Assembly: GCA_025603075.1 (NCBI GenBank)
Contig: MU626344.1
Coordinates: 21,991 to 85,990 of the forward strand
DNA length: 64,000 nucleotides
Source: Neoconidiobolus thromboides FSU 785
Lineage: Eukaryota > Fungi > Entomophthoromycota
Reading direction: 5' to 3'
Part shown: in pieces, positions 41,340-54,333 of the stretch
How the letters are laid out: each line of letters begins with the position of its first letter
Numbering within the stretch: the stretch's first letter is position 1
Made by a program: the position numbers and the translations under genes
Notes under the pieces: model-generated
What the model was told of the DNA's origin: nothing
The model's input: the letters and a program-made list of their open reading frames with translations, nothing else
Database searches by the model: none

Positions 41340-42174
41340 TTAGGGTAAACAAGGATACGATTGATTACCCAAAGTAAACGTAGCAGTTTTAAATAAGTGG
41401 GTCAATTTATCTTCGATTTGCGCGTTAGTATTAGAACACCCTAAGGATTGGTTAACATTATTATACTATTACTGTTTACGTATTATTATGTCATTATATA
41501 ACTTACCATCAATTACGTTTTTAGCCCATACAAAATACTCCTGTACCCTAGCAACAGTCCTAACAAAGTGTTAAGAAAATATAGAAAACAAAATACAAGC
41601 CTATCTACCATCCTATTGGTACACATCTACAAATATCTGTTAAATTATATAACTTATCGGCAAGGCGAATGTGTTTTGCCTATTTGTAAAATTAAATTAA
41701 TATAAAAATAAAAAATCAAAGTTCTTACTTTAACAGTTAGGTTTTTAGCGTTTTCTATTTGTAACCTTTTTCTTTCCATTTTTGGCAGTTTACCATCATC
41801 GCTCACCTCCATTACTACATCCGCTACCTCTTGTCCAAAATTCTCTACCAACTTTTAAAAATATATATTGTTCATTACAGATATAAAAAACAAAAAATAA
41901 CCTCTTTATAAGTAGTAGCAGTATCTTCAATTGTATCATGTAAAATAGCACCTTGGATAATAACCTCATCAGTAATACCACTTTCGACCAACAGGTTAGC
42001 TACTCCAATTGGATGATTGATATAGGCTAAGGAATATTAAAATTTATTACATTTTGACAAGGAAGAAAGGTTCTTACGAGTTCCCTGTTTATCTAATCTT
42101 TTTTGCTTTTTATGTTTTTCACTAGCGAATACTAAACTTTTAAATATTACTTGCATCTGTTCAACTTGGTCCAT
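41340..42174 (-). CDS. MESH1: HD-domain ppGpp/NADPH phosphohydrolase (MESH1/HDDC3), 6 exons
   Basis: [17 protein letters not shown]|[13 protein letters not shown]...[10 protein letters not shown]...[31 protein letters not shown]...[12 protein letters not shown]|[15 protein letters not shown]. Confidence 0.9.
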
Positions 42175-42296
42175 TTTTATAGTTTTATTAATATAAAAAA
42201 TAAAGTTGAAATCGATGATGCTTATCTATTTTTAAAAACTAAGATTAATTTTAGCCTAAAAAATTCAAGTGCAATTTACTTTTTTTGAATAAAATC

Positions 42297-43168
42297 ATGT
42301 CTAAGCTAAAAAATATTATCTTTGTTACTGGTAACAGTAATAAATTGAAAGAAGTTCAAGCTATTTTGAAAAACAATAACTTCATCTCGCTTTCAAACCA
42401 TAAACTAGATTGTATGGATTAATAGCCTTTGTGTAACTTTTATTAATGTTTATTAACTAGTACCCGAATTACAAGGAACAGTTGAGTCAGTAGCTATCGA
42501 GAAATGTAGATTGGCAGCAAAGGAAGTGAGTTTCATTAATATTATTTCTTAATGTTATGTAATTATTTGAAAGTTAAACTCAGCTGTATTAACTGAAGAT
42601 ACTGCCTTGGGTTTCAATGCTATGGATGGTTTACCAGGTGTTTATATGTAAATTATTATGAAAATTAGCATTATTTATAGTAATACTAATGTTTTTTTAG
42701 TAAATGGTTCTTAGAAAAATTAGGCCATGATGGTAAATAATTACATAAAGCTTTATTTATTTATCTTAGTTTCATTCTAGGTTTAAATAAAATGTTAAGC
42801 GGTTTCGAATCTAAAACTGCTAAAGCCATTTGTACTTTTGCTTATTCCGAAGGCCCTGATAGCGAACCAATTTTATTCCAAGGCATTTGTGATGTAAAAT
42901 GATAAAAGATAATATGTATTAATTAATATTTAACTTTATTTTTCAGGGCTCAATTGTACCAGCTAGAGGGCCAAAAGATTTTGGATGGGACCCTATTTTT
43001 AAACCAGATGGCTATGATTTAACGTAAGAATAAGATCTCTATTATCGTAGTAAAATTAACTCATATATATTCAATAGATATGCTGAGTTAGATAAAGAAA
43101 TTAAAAATAAGATTTCGCATAGAGCTAAAGCATTAGCAAAATTAAATGAACATTTTGAGAAATCTTAA
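42297..43168 (+). CDS. HAM1: Inosine triphosphate pyrophosphatase (HAM1/ITPA), 7 exons
   Basis: [74 protein letters not shown]. Six GT-AG introns. Confidence 0.96.
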
Positions 43169-43996
43169 ATAAAAATGGTATGTTATAATTGAAATATTAT
43201 TTAGATACAAGAATACCTATACCATTCTTTATTTCTATAAGATTGAAATTTTCACAAATAGTTTGAATATCCCTTTTTATCTTTGATAGCTTTGATGTAT
43301 TATTGTTGAGCATTATTACGGTACATTCTTTATTAGTATTTCTCGTTATTTATTGAGTTTTTTTAAGTACCTCTTTATCTATCTGCTATTTATTGATGTA
43401 GAAAATATACTTTTAAAACAACATAGTCTGGTTTTAAAAAGTGAATAAACTTTTAGATATAACTTAACTACTTTTTTAAAACATTGACTATTGAAAAAAT
43501 GTTATAAATTAGTTCTAATCCCTCAATTTAAAAAATGAATTTTTATTTATAAATTGAAATTTAAGGTGTAATAATATATAAATTATTATGATACCTTTAG
43601 GTTTCTTTACGGATATATAAATAAAGCTAAGAAAGAGATAAAAAATACTCTATTTAATTTGGAAACAAATTGAACAAATAAAAAGGGCATACATTATTAC
43701 TGGAAATAGCCAATATTATCAAATTCAATATTATCACAAACTACTAGTTATTTATAAATTTATACTGTAAAACTTGATTTATGGATTTGTTACCTTCATA
43801 TTGTATCGTAATTTTTATTTATTAATAGATCAGTATTTAATGCATTCTCTATGTTTTATTGAAGAACTATCGCAGTTCGCAGTATTTTTGAGTTCAACTC
43901 TATAGATTTGTAATAAATAACTTTGGAGTACATTTGTTTTTATTAAAGTATTTAAACAGTGATGTTATTATTTTATTTCTTTAATTCTTTTTAATA

Positions 43997-45406
43997 ATGG
44001 AGCTAGGTGTTTTACCTACTTCCAATCTGAAACAAATACTCAATTATTTGAACAGTCAAGATAAATATATTATAACATTAACATGTAAGGAATGGTACCA
44101 AGTATTTTTATCATTAATCATAGAAATGGAAGGGTATACTAGATATACAAATAATCAATGTGATAACAAGATGTTAAGATATAATAAATGCATAACATAT
44201 ATGGACATAAGCTATATTGACAATTTTTGCTTAAAAAGTTATCCCTACTTAATTAAACTCACTATTGATGCAGAGCTATATTTCATAAACTTTGATCAAT
44301 TGTCTCATTTAGATTTAGTTGGAATCATCTTTACCAAATATAAGTTTATAGGAAAATATTTAATTAATACACAAAATAAGTCATTATACAAAATAGATAA
44401 AAAATTATTATACAGAAAGTTAGATAAAATAAGATACTTGAATATAAAAAACCCAAGTGATATTTTTTTCAAACTAGTGCTACCATTTATTTCCAACAAT
44501 ATTAAATATTTAGATTTAGCATCAAACAGTAAATCACTCTGTTTATACAGTACTGTTTTTAATAAAATGAACAATGTAGTTCAATTAAAAGTAAGAATCA
44601 ATCAATCTAATTTTAAGAACCTCAAAGATATTGAAAGCATTCAATCTAGTCATTTAAAATATTTAATTGTTGACAGTACATGCTCTCGTAAAATCGATTC
44701 ATTAAAAGTTAATTTCAATCATTTACCTAATTTACAGCAATTGACATTAAATCAAATGAATAATGTAGAGTTTATAGGAATATCTAATTTGAAATACTTA
44801 GAATTATATAAAACAAGATTAAAGTATAACACATTAAACAATGAGCAATTTTTGAAATTAACTAATCTTTCAATTAGTCATTCCTATTCTTATTCATTTC
44901 AATTACTTTATTCAATATTTCGATTATCAAATTTGATATATCTTACCTTGAAATCTAACTCAGCAATAACAATAGACTATTTAATGTTAAATGAAATTTA
45001 TAGTAATAAAATAAACAACTTAATCAAAATAAATTTAGATGGCTTTAATATGAACCATGCTTTTCTATACTTTTTACATAACTCGTGTAAGAATTTACAG
45101 CAATTATTTATTTCTCATTGTTATTTCTACCCTCTTTATTCACCACTTTTACTATCTCATTCAAAGTTGACTGCTTATGATAGTTACTATCATTTAAACA
45201 AAATTGAACAAATACAACTTAGTAGTTATCATAGTTATGAGGACAATGACATAATAAATTTAGATAAACTTGCCGAAATATTGTTGTTATCAGCACCTAA
45301 TCTTAAATATTATAACAATAATATAAATTTACCTAAGTTCAAGGATCCTTCTGCCATCTTGAAGTTTAATTTGGTCTCTAACTCATCTTATTACTATGCT
45401 TTTTAA
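43997..45406 (+). CDS. F-box/LRR (RNI-like) hypothetical protein
   Basis: Intronless 469 aa. F-box-like N-terminus LPTSNLKQILNYLNSQDKYIITLTCKEWY, then repeated LxxLxL units (LPNLQQLTL, LKYLEL, LSNLIYLTL, CKNLQQLFI, APNLKY). Confidence 0.65.
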   Translation: MELGVLPTSNLKQILNYLNSQDKYIITLTCKEWYQVFLSLIIEMEGYTRYTNNQCDNKMLRYNKCITYMDISYIDNFCLKSYPYLIKLTIDAELYFINFDQLSHLDLVGIIFTKYKFIGKYLINTQNKSLYKIDKKLLYRKLDKIRYLNIKNPSDIFFKLVLPFISNNIKYLDLASNSKSLCLYSTVFNKMNNVVQLKVRINQSNFKNLKDIESIQSSHLKYLIVDSTCSRKIDSLKVNFNHLPNLQQLTLNQMNNVEFIGISNLKYLELYKTRLKYNTLNNEQFLKLTNLSISHSYSYSFQLLYSIFRLSNLIYLTLKSNSAITIDYLMLNEIYSNKINNLIKINLDGFNMNHAFLYFLHNSCKNLQQLFISHCYFYPLYSPLLLSHSKLTAYDSYYHLNKIEQIQLSSYHSYEDNDIINLDKLAEILLLSAPNLKYYNNNINLPKFKDPSAILKFNLVSNSSYYYAF

Positions 45407-45476
45407 ACTTATTATCCTAACTTTTCCATTATTTTATTATCACTGATAAATTATATTTTTACACTTATTTATATTA

Positions 45477-45511
<35 letters not shown>
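45477..45511. repeat. (TTA)n microsatellite
   Basis: About 11 TTA units downstream of the F-box gene. Confidence 0.85.
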
Positions 45512-45512
<1 letters not shown>

Positions 45513-45714
45513 TGTTTTATAATAATACCTTTTTTTCTTAATGTTTTAATTATGTGAAATAAAATTTTTGTTACATATAGTGTTTATTCATAAAATAAAT
45601 AATGATAAAATTGTATAAAAATTATTTTATGAAATTTAAAACTTAATATTTCAATTTATTATTTATTTTAAATATTGATAGTAAACTAAAGTTCTTAAAA
45701 TGTTTCTACTATTT

Positions 45715-45812
45715 GGGGATGTTTTTTTTGATTTCATTATTTTTACATCTTTTAAGCGTTATTTAAGTGGAAAAATTGCTAGTAAAATTCTTAAATACAA
45801 AAATACATCCCC
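45715..45812 (-). mobile_element. MITE-like element, copy 7 (inverted)
   Basis: GGGGATGTTTTTTTTGATTTCATTATT...TTTAAGCGTTATTTAAGTGGAAAAATTGCTAGTAAAATTCTTAAATACAAAAATACATCCCC. Perfect 8-bp outer TIR. Confidence 0.82.
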
Positions 45813-46285
45813 ATATATTAAATAATAGATATTTTAATATTTATAGCTTCTTGTTAAGATTAGATAACATGACTATTATGCTTTTGTATTTCTGAGTTTT
45901 GATTTGATTTTTCAACAGAAATTGAAAGTTTGAATAATCTAATATGATAAAAAGCAGCTAATCTATTTAATAAAATAACTGTTTTTGTTATGATATTAAA
46001 AGCTACTAATAACTAGGATTGATTAGTTTGAAAATTGGATTCAAAATTATGCTAAATAACTAATTTATTTCATGAATACTTATTGCATTGAAAATTCATT
46101 TAAAAAATTTGTAAAAATAAATTTTAGCATTTCTAACCAATAGAATATCAGTTTGAAGCTCAAAACGCCAATAAAGAGACAGTTAATAACCCTTATAATT
46201 GGGCCCCAAAAAAGTTCGAAGCTTTAACTAACTTTCAAGTTTAATTCACAAAAACCCATTTCACTCTAGAAAAGCAAAAGACAAT

Positions 46286-48212
46286 ATGGGAACTGGTAAA
46301 AAGGAAGCAAATCGATTAGCAAAGGCTAAAAAGTCCGAGGGTAAAGGTGGGAAGAGTGGAGGGAATACGTTAAATAATACCAAATTAAAGGGGGAAAATT
46401 TTTATCGTGATAAAAATAAGGTTAAATACCTTAATATGTTAAAAGGTGGTAAAGCCACCCGAGATGCTCAAGGTAATATTATCAAAGCAGCTGACTTTCA
46501 GTCTTCAGACGCTCCAGTCGCTCGTATCGCTCCTAATAGAAAATGGTTTGGTAAGTTTTGGTTTTTTATGGTTTTAAGATATATTGCCTAATGTTATTAA
46601 TAGGTAATACTCGTGTTATTGGTCAAGAAGCTTTAGACAAATTTCGTGAAAAGATGGGTGAAAAAATGAATGACCCTTATCAAGTACTTATGCGTCAAAG
46701 TAAGCTTCCAATGTCTTTGTTAACCGATACTAGCAAGGTAAGATAATAAGTTTCTATTTTTAGTTAATATTTAACTTTTTCAATGTAGATCTCTCGGTTC
46801 CATATGTTAGAAACGGATTCTTTTAGTAATACTTTTGGACCTAAATCACAGCGTAAACGTCCTAAACTTAATATTGGTGATATCGATGAGTTAGCTAACT
46901 TTGTTGATGAAACTAATAGTAAATAAGAATATCTAAGTTTTAAATTTATGCTAATTTTTATTTAAATATAGCTAATTACAACGAACAAACGGATGGTTCG
47001 TTATTAGCTAATAAAATAGCTGATATGACAGATGAAGTTAGAGATTCTAAATTTTCAAAAGGTCAATCCAAACGTATTTGGGGTGAATTATATAAAGTAA
47101 TTAGAACTGTTTATATCTTCACATTTAATTAATAAATTTATTAATAGGTCATTGATTCTTCTGATGTTATTCTTCATGTATTGGATGCTCGTGATCCACA
47201 AGGAACACGTTGTAAAAATGTGGAAGCTTATCTTAAAAAAGAAGCTCCCCATAAGCATTTAATATTTGTATTAAATAAATGTGATTTAGTACCCACTTGG
47301 GCCACCAGTAAATGGGTACAACATCTTTCTCAAGAACGCCCAACATTAGCTTTCCATGCCAGTATCAATCATGCATTTGGGAAAGGAGCTTTAATTCAGT
47401 TATTAAGACAATTTTCAGCTTTACATTCGGATAAAAAACAGATTTCTGTTGGTTTAGTTGGTTATCCAAATGTGGGAAAATCGTCTATTATTAATACTTT
47501 AAAAGCCAAAAAAGTTTGTACTACAGCTCCAGTACCAGGTGAAACTAAAGTTTGGCAATATATCACTTTGATGAAACGTATCTATATGATTGATTGTCCT
47601 GGGATTGTTCATCCTACTGCTGAAGAAACGGAATCGGATATTGTTTTAAAGGGAGTGGTAGGTTAAAACTTATAAATTTAAACAAGGTTATTTAATTTTA
47701 ATTTAAAATCTTAGGTACGTATTGAAAATTTAAAAAACCCAGAAGATTATATAGAAGAATTATTAAATCGAGTTAAACCACAATATATTCAAAAAACATA
47801 TCAAGTTAAAACTTGGGATAGTCCAATTCACTTTTTATCTCAAATTGCTTCCAAGAGTGGTAAATTACTTAAGGTATAAAAAATTTAATAGATGTAAATT
47901 TTTATTATAAATAGTTATTAAATTTTTATTTAGGGTGGTGAACCAGATTTACCTACTGTTGCTAAAATGGTCCTTAATGATTGGTTACGTGGTAAAATTC
48001 CATATTATGTTGCACCACCTAACTCGTATGAAGAATTAGCTAAGGAAGCGGAAGCTAAAGAAATAAAAGAAAAAGCTGCTCAAGATGGAGAGAATAAGGA
48101 TAATTTAGATGAAGAAACTAAAGCTGAGGAGAAAGAGATAGGTGAAAGTAAAGAAGAAAAGGAAGGAAATGAAGAAAAGGAAGGAAATGAAGAAAAGGAT
48201 TCAAATGAGTAA
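46286..48212 (+). CDS. NOG2: Nucleolar GTP-binding protein 2 (circularly permuted GTPase), multi-exon
   Basis: [86 protein letters not shown], and [14 protein letters not shown]. Confidence 0.95.
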
Positions 48213-48775
48213 ATTATAGAGAATCAAATCTTTTTAAAATCATAGACAATTTGTAATTTTTTTGTTGTTTAAGCTTTTTTATATGTCGGCTATATTATCA
48301 ATCCTTAATCTATTCTTAATATATCTTATTCTAACATATTCAGTTTTTTGTATTTTTTTATTTTTCTTTTATTAGTTGTTTTATGTTTTATATTTATTTA
48401 ATTGTCTGAAAATTACGTTGTTAATTGTTTTTAAGTTATATTTGGGCAAATAATATAAATCATAATTATTGTAAGAAACAAAGATAAAAATCTAATTTAA
48501 CTAAATAGAAATTTATTAATTTATACTGATGATGTTGATTAAATATTAAAAATGACAACTGTTATTCTTTCCAAATAGATTTATTGAGTTATTGTACTAA
48601 AAAAATTCAAAACTAAGTAATTTCCTTATTAAAAAGTTAACCACTTGATAAATTCCCATTAATAAGCATTACGTTAAAATTTGCATCAAAAGAAAGATTT
48701 CCAAAATTTCAAAATTATTTTTTGCTTACAAAATTGATTTAAAAAATACATTTAAAAAAATACAATTAATAGAAA

Positions 48776-51700
48776 ATGGGTATACCAAAAATGTTTCGAT
48801 GGCTGAGTGAGAGGTATCCTCTTGTCTCCCAATTAGTCGAAGAAAATGCTATACCTGAGTTTGGTAAGGCTTTCACATTCCACTTTTGTTTCTTAATTAA
48901 TTTCCATATAGATAACTTATATCTTGATATGAATGGCATTGTTCATAATGCGACGCATGCAAATAAAGGCTCTCATTTAATGCTAACGGATGAAAAGATG
49001 TTTTCTTCTATCTTTAGTTATATTGAAGACTTATTTGAAAGGATTCAACCAAAAAAAGTGTTTTATATGGCCGTGGATGGTACAGATTAATAAACTTTTT
49101 CTTTTTTGTATAAAATTTAATAAAATAAAAGGCGTGGCGCCAAGGGCTAAAATGAATCAACAAAGAGCACGTCGATTTCGTACAGCTCAAGATCGTGAAA
49201 AAGAAAAGTTACTAGCATTAAAAAAAGGAATTGTGGTTTCGGATGATGCTTTTGATAGTAATTGTATTACACCGGGTAAATTAATTTGTATCCATGTTTA
49301 TTTTAAAATAATAATCTATTTTTTAAGGTACCGTATTTATGGAAAAATTAACACAAAATTTAAAATATTTTATTAATAAAAAAATTTCGGAAGATGAAAA
49401 ATGGCAAAAGATTGAAGTTATTTTATCTAGTCATGAAGTAAGTTTTAGTGGCATTTTATTTAACGTTTTGAATCATTCAATTAATATTTTATTTTATAGG
49501 TACCTGGTGAAGGTGAACATAAAATTATGGAGTATATCCGTGCTTGTAAAGCTCAACCTAATTATAACCCAAATCTTCGTCATTGTCTTTATGGATTAGA
49601 TGCCGATCTTATCATGTTAGGTTTACTTAGTCATGATCCTCATTTTGCATTATTACGTGAGGAAGTAGCATTTGGTAAAAAAGCAAAAGTTAGGTAAGTT
49701 CAATTTAATATAATATTTATTTCAATCAATAGCTAATATTTCATTTATTTATTTAACATAAAAGCCATGGACCACCACGCTTTTTTTTATTACATTTATC
49801 ATTAGTCCGAGAATATATTGATTCGGATTTTTCCGAAGTCAAAGGAGAAATGAAATTTGACTATAATTTAGAAAAAATTATTGACGATTTAATTATGATG
49901 ATTATGTTTGTTGGTAATGATTTTTTACCTCATTTACCAGGGTTTGATATTGCAGATGGTGTATTAACAGAATTATTACGATCTTATGCTATATGGCTTA
50001 AAACAGGGGATGGATATATTAATAATGATGGAGTCGTTAATTTTAAACGATTAGAACAATTTTTAAGATCTTTAGATCGATTTGAATATAAACAATTTTT
50101 GAATTTACCAGACAATGTAGATATCTTAGCAAATGAAATGATTGGCTTTGGTAATTTTAAAATTACCGAAAATCAATTGGAATGGACTAATAAAGTATTA
50201 AACCAAATGGAACAAAATGGGGATTTTGAAATTCAATTAGAACATGTTAAATCATTTAAAGATATTGAATTTATTAAACATTTAGCTGCGGATCTTAATT
50301 TACATTTAAATCATGAATATGAAAAAAATCATGAAGAAGATGAAATTCCTACCTTAATTTATTCAATTTCGAATAATGAATCGGATGTTGAAACAGAAAC
50401 AGAAGATGAAAGTTTAGTCGTTATTAAAAATGCTAGAAATTCAATGGCATTTAAAAAAGTAGTAGAAAAATACTTAAATGCTCCAGTTGTTTCAAGTGAA
50501 GAAGAAATAGAAGATAGAAATGAAGCCAATAATATGTATATTAAATGGAAAAAAGATTATTATCAAGTAAGTTTAATTAACATTATTTATTTAAGTTTAT
50601 ATATATTAATATATTACCGTTATTTTAGAACAAATTAGAAATTGATAGAGATAATAAAGAAGAATTCAATAAGATTATTCAATCTTATATTGAAGGTATA
50701 CAATGGGTCATCTTTTATTATTATCATGGTATTCGTTCTTGGGGTTGGTATTATCCTTATCATTACGCTCCTATGCTTAGTGGTAATATTATATATCTAT
50801 ATATTTATGTGTTAATATACTAATAATTTCAATAATAACTATTATTATTATTATTTATTTGTTTATTTTAGATTTAGTTGGTATTGGTAAAATAGAGATT
50901 AATTTTGAACAGGGCACTCCATTTAAACCATTTGAACAACTTATGGGTGTATTACCACCATTAAGTAAAACCCTTGTACCACAAGGATTAAGAGTAATTA
51001 ATAATAATCATGTGATTTAATATATTACTTATCTACTTATTTATTTATTTAAGGAATTAATGACTAATCCCATGTCAACTATTATTGATTTTTATCCAAT
51101 GGAATTTGATTGTGATTTAAATGGTAAAAAAAATAGTTGGGAAGCAGTAGTTAAAATACCATTTATTGATGAAAAGAGATTATTAGCAGCTATTAAAGCA
51201 CAAGAACATTTACTTACTAAAGAAGAAGTTAAAAGAAATAGTTTTGGTAATATATTTCAATATAAGTATAATCCAAATATAAGTAAACCATATAAATCTT
51301 CATTACCCGGTTATTTATCGGATATATTAACTTATTGTGAGGAACATATATTTAATCTTCCTAAAGTACAAACTAAAGATTTAAAATTTGGTCTTTGTCC
51401 AGGGGTTGAATATGGTCCAAATGCTCCACCTGGCTTTCCATCTATTTTTTCAATTCCAATTAATTCTTCAGTAAAGCACACATCATTAACGGTATTTGAT
51501 AGAGCAACTAAAAGTGAAAGCGTAATCATTGATGTAGTTAACCCTTATTCTAATATATCAGCAGAAGAAATGGCCAATCAATATATGGGGAAATGTATTT
51601 TTATTGGTTATCCTTTTTTACATCATGCTAAATTGGTCAAAATAATGACATTAACAGATGAATTTATCTTTGATAAAAATAATAGAATTACAAAAATACC

Positions 51701-53327
51701 AGTATTAGAAGATGGAGAAAAAGAATTTAGAAAAATCACAAAAGAAATTGAAGCTACTTATAAAGTACGTAAAGGAGTTAATATTGGTACTATTGATAAA
51801 TTATTATATTATGCTCCATTTATTTCTATGGTTCGTGCTATGGATGGTAGTTTAGTTCGACACTTTGCAGAAAATTTAGAACCTGAACCATATCCATCTC
51901 AATTATGCGTATTTTCAATTAATAAAGAAGACCCTCGATATCAACCAATTAATGCTCAACCTATTGAAGAAGTATTTCCATTAAAATGTAAAGCTTTCTT
52001 TTTAGGAGATAAATTTTATGGTACTCCATGTCAAATTACAGGCCATAAAAATGATACAGTTTCTATTAAATTATTACATCAATCGGATAATTTAAATATT
52101 GGTAAAAAAATAGTTAATTCAAGTAAAATAGAAAATCAATTTACTCATATTAAAGAATTAGCTAAAATTTGTCAATGTTCTTCATTAACTATATCTAAAT
52201 TAACATCTAGAATTAAATTATCAATTGAAAAGAAACGAAATGAAATAATTAACTTAGGATTAGGATTAAAATTTGAAAATAAAGGAGAAATGGTATTAGG
52301 TTATTGTCAAAAAGGATATAAAGGTTGGGAATTTTCACCAAAAGCATGCCAATTAGTGACTGATTTTTGCAGAACATTCCCCGAATTTATTCAAGGACTA
52401 GAGAATCAAAATAATTCAAGTCAAATTATACCAACTGAATCAATTTACCCTGAAAACACAATGGAACATATTAATAAAATTCAACAATGGCATAAAGAAA
52501 ATGGAATTAAAGAATTAAAATTATCTTCAATTGATAGTGAATTATTAGATAATAATAGTATTATTAAATTACAAGTATTTTGGGATCAATTTTATCAACA
52601 AAATACAAAAATTGAAATTATTGAAATTCATAATGTACCTAGATCTGCTATTTTAAAACATTCTGATGAAGAAATACATCTATCAAGACAAAAGTATTCA
52701 TTAGGAGATCGAGTTGTTTATATTAAAGAATCGAGTAAAGTACCTATTACTTTACGTGGTACAGTTATTGGTAGTGAAGCGGATAATTTAGAAATATTAT
52801 TTGATCGTACATTTCATAATGGTACTAATTTAGATGGTCGATGTGAAGAACATCGTGGTTTATGGGTACAAAAGAAATACTTATTAAATTTAAGTGATCA
52901 ACAATTAAGTCAATCAAATTTAGTTAATTTTATGAAACGATTCATTATTAAAACTCCAACTAATCAAAAGAATGGGAATAATAACAATAATAGTAACAAT
53001 AATAATAATAATTATAGTAATAATAATTATAATAATTATCAACAACGTAATCAAGTGAATCAAAAGAATTCTAATAACGTTAACTATAATAAGTATAATA
53101 ACAATCAACAACAACAACAGAATAATTCTAACATGAAATTTAATAATCAATATCAACAAAGACCAAACTTTATTCCTAATGCTTGGACACAAAATAAATC
53201 AAGCGGAAATAAAAATCATCCTAATACTAATATTAATAATAATAATAGTAATAGTAATAATCGTGGTCGCGGTGGATTTAATAATTCCAATCGTAGTTTA
53301 TTTGATCCTAAACAAAATGAAAAATAA
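48776..53327 (+). CDS. XRN1: 5'-3' exoribonuclease 1, multi-exon
   Basis: [114 protein letters not shown], and C-terminal SH3-like LGDRVVY. Gln/Asn-rich tail. Confidence 0.96.
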
Positions 53328-53609
53328 GTTTTAATAAAATTAACAAATTCATCATTTTATAACTGGACATTTTAAATTTATGAAAATGATCCGATACTTT
53401 AAAATAATATAAAGATAATAATAAAAATTAAAATATATTGTTTTAATATTATTTTAATATTATTTTTTATCATTTTTTATGCATTTTTTATTAGTTATTT
53501 AAGATATAAAATATCGATTATTTTTAATACAGATTTGATTCCACATTAACATAACTCCAAATAAATCAACTTTATTCATTATAACATATAATATATAATC
53601 CCACTTAAA

Positions 53610-54000
53610 TTACATTACTTTACAACCTGGTATAAAAAATTGTAATTTAAAAGATTTAATTCCTATTGAATCATATTTATGATATCCAGTATATCCCGTT
53701 AACTTCACTTCACCACTACAATCACATTGATTAAAAAAGTTTAATACTAAATTATCAGTAGGTACAAATAAACTATTTAACGTTTCTATTGATTTGAAAT
53801 TATAACAAGTATTTGATTTTTGAACTTGATAACTAGTAACATTGGTTTTTAGCACTAAAAAAAGAGAATTATGATTAAGTTAATTAATATAGAAATAAGC
53901 TTAAGATAGTGTATTATTTACTTGCGATAATACCACTCGTTTGACATTGTATAAAATAAAAGTAAAATAATGGTAAAATGAGATGATTAATTAATTTCAT
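53610..54000 (-). CDS. Small secreted Cys-containing protein (~107 aa), 2 exons
   Basis: Exon 1 MKLINHLILPLFYFYFIQCQTSGIIA (signal-peptide-like) splices in phase 1 via a GT-AG intron onto ORF 53610-53855 (...NTCYNFKSI...FFNQCDCSG...SFKL). Confidence 0.65.
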
Positions 54001-54333
54001 ATTGTTATTAAAAGAGTGGTAAAAAAAGAGAAAACAAAGATTGAAATTAGAAATTAAAGTGGAAGAAAATTTACTTTCTGTTGATTGGCCAAATTCAACT
54101 ATTCTAATTAATTAAATTTAATACTAATAATAGTAATTGTGTTCTATTTTTTGGAAATAACTGAAGTTTAATTTAAAATAGGATAACTTAAAATTTCAAT
54201 CAACAATGTGAAAACAAAGCATTATAAAAAATATACATTCTATTAATATTATATATTACATACCATAGATTATAGATTATATATCCTATATTTTATTTTA
54301 AGTATTTAATTTTATTAAAATTGAATTTTCTAT

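Noticed and set aside
41350-41358. GTATCCTTG on the minus strand near the MESH1 end
   Set aside because: It encodes the last residues (SYPCLP*), and no downstream branch site or exon is needed.
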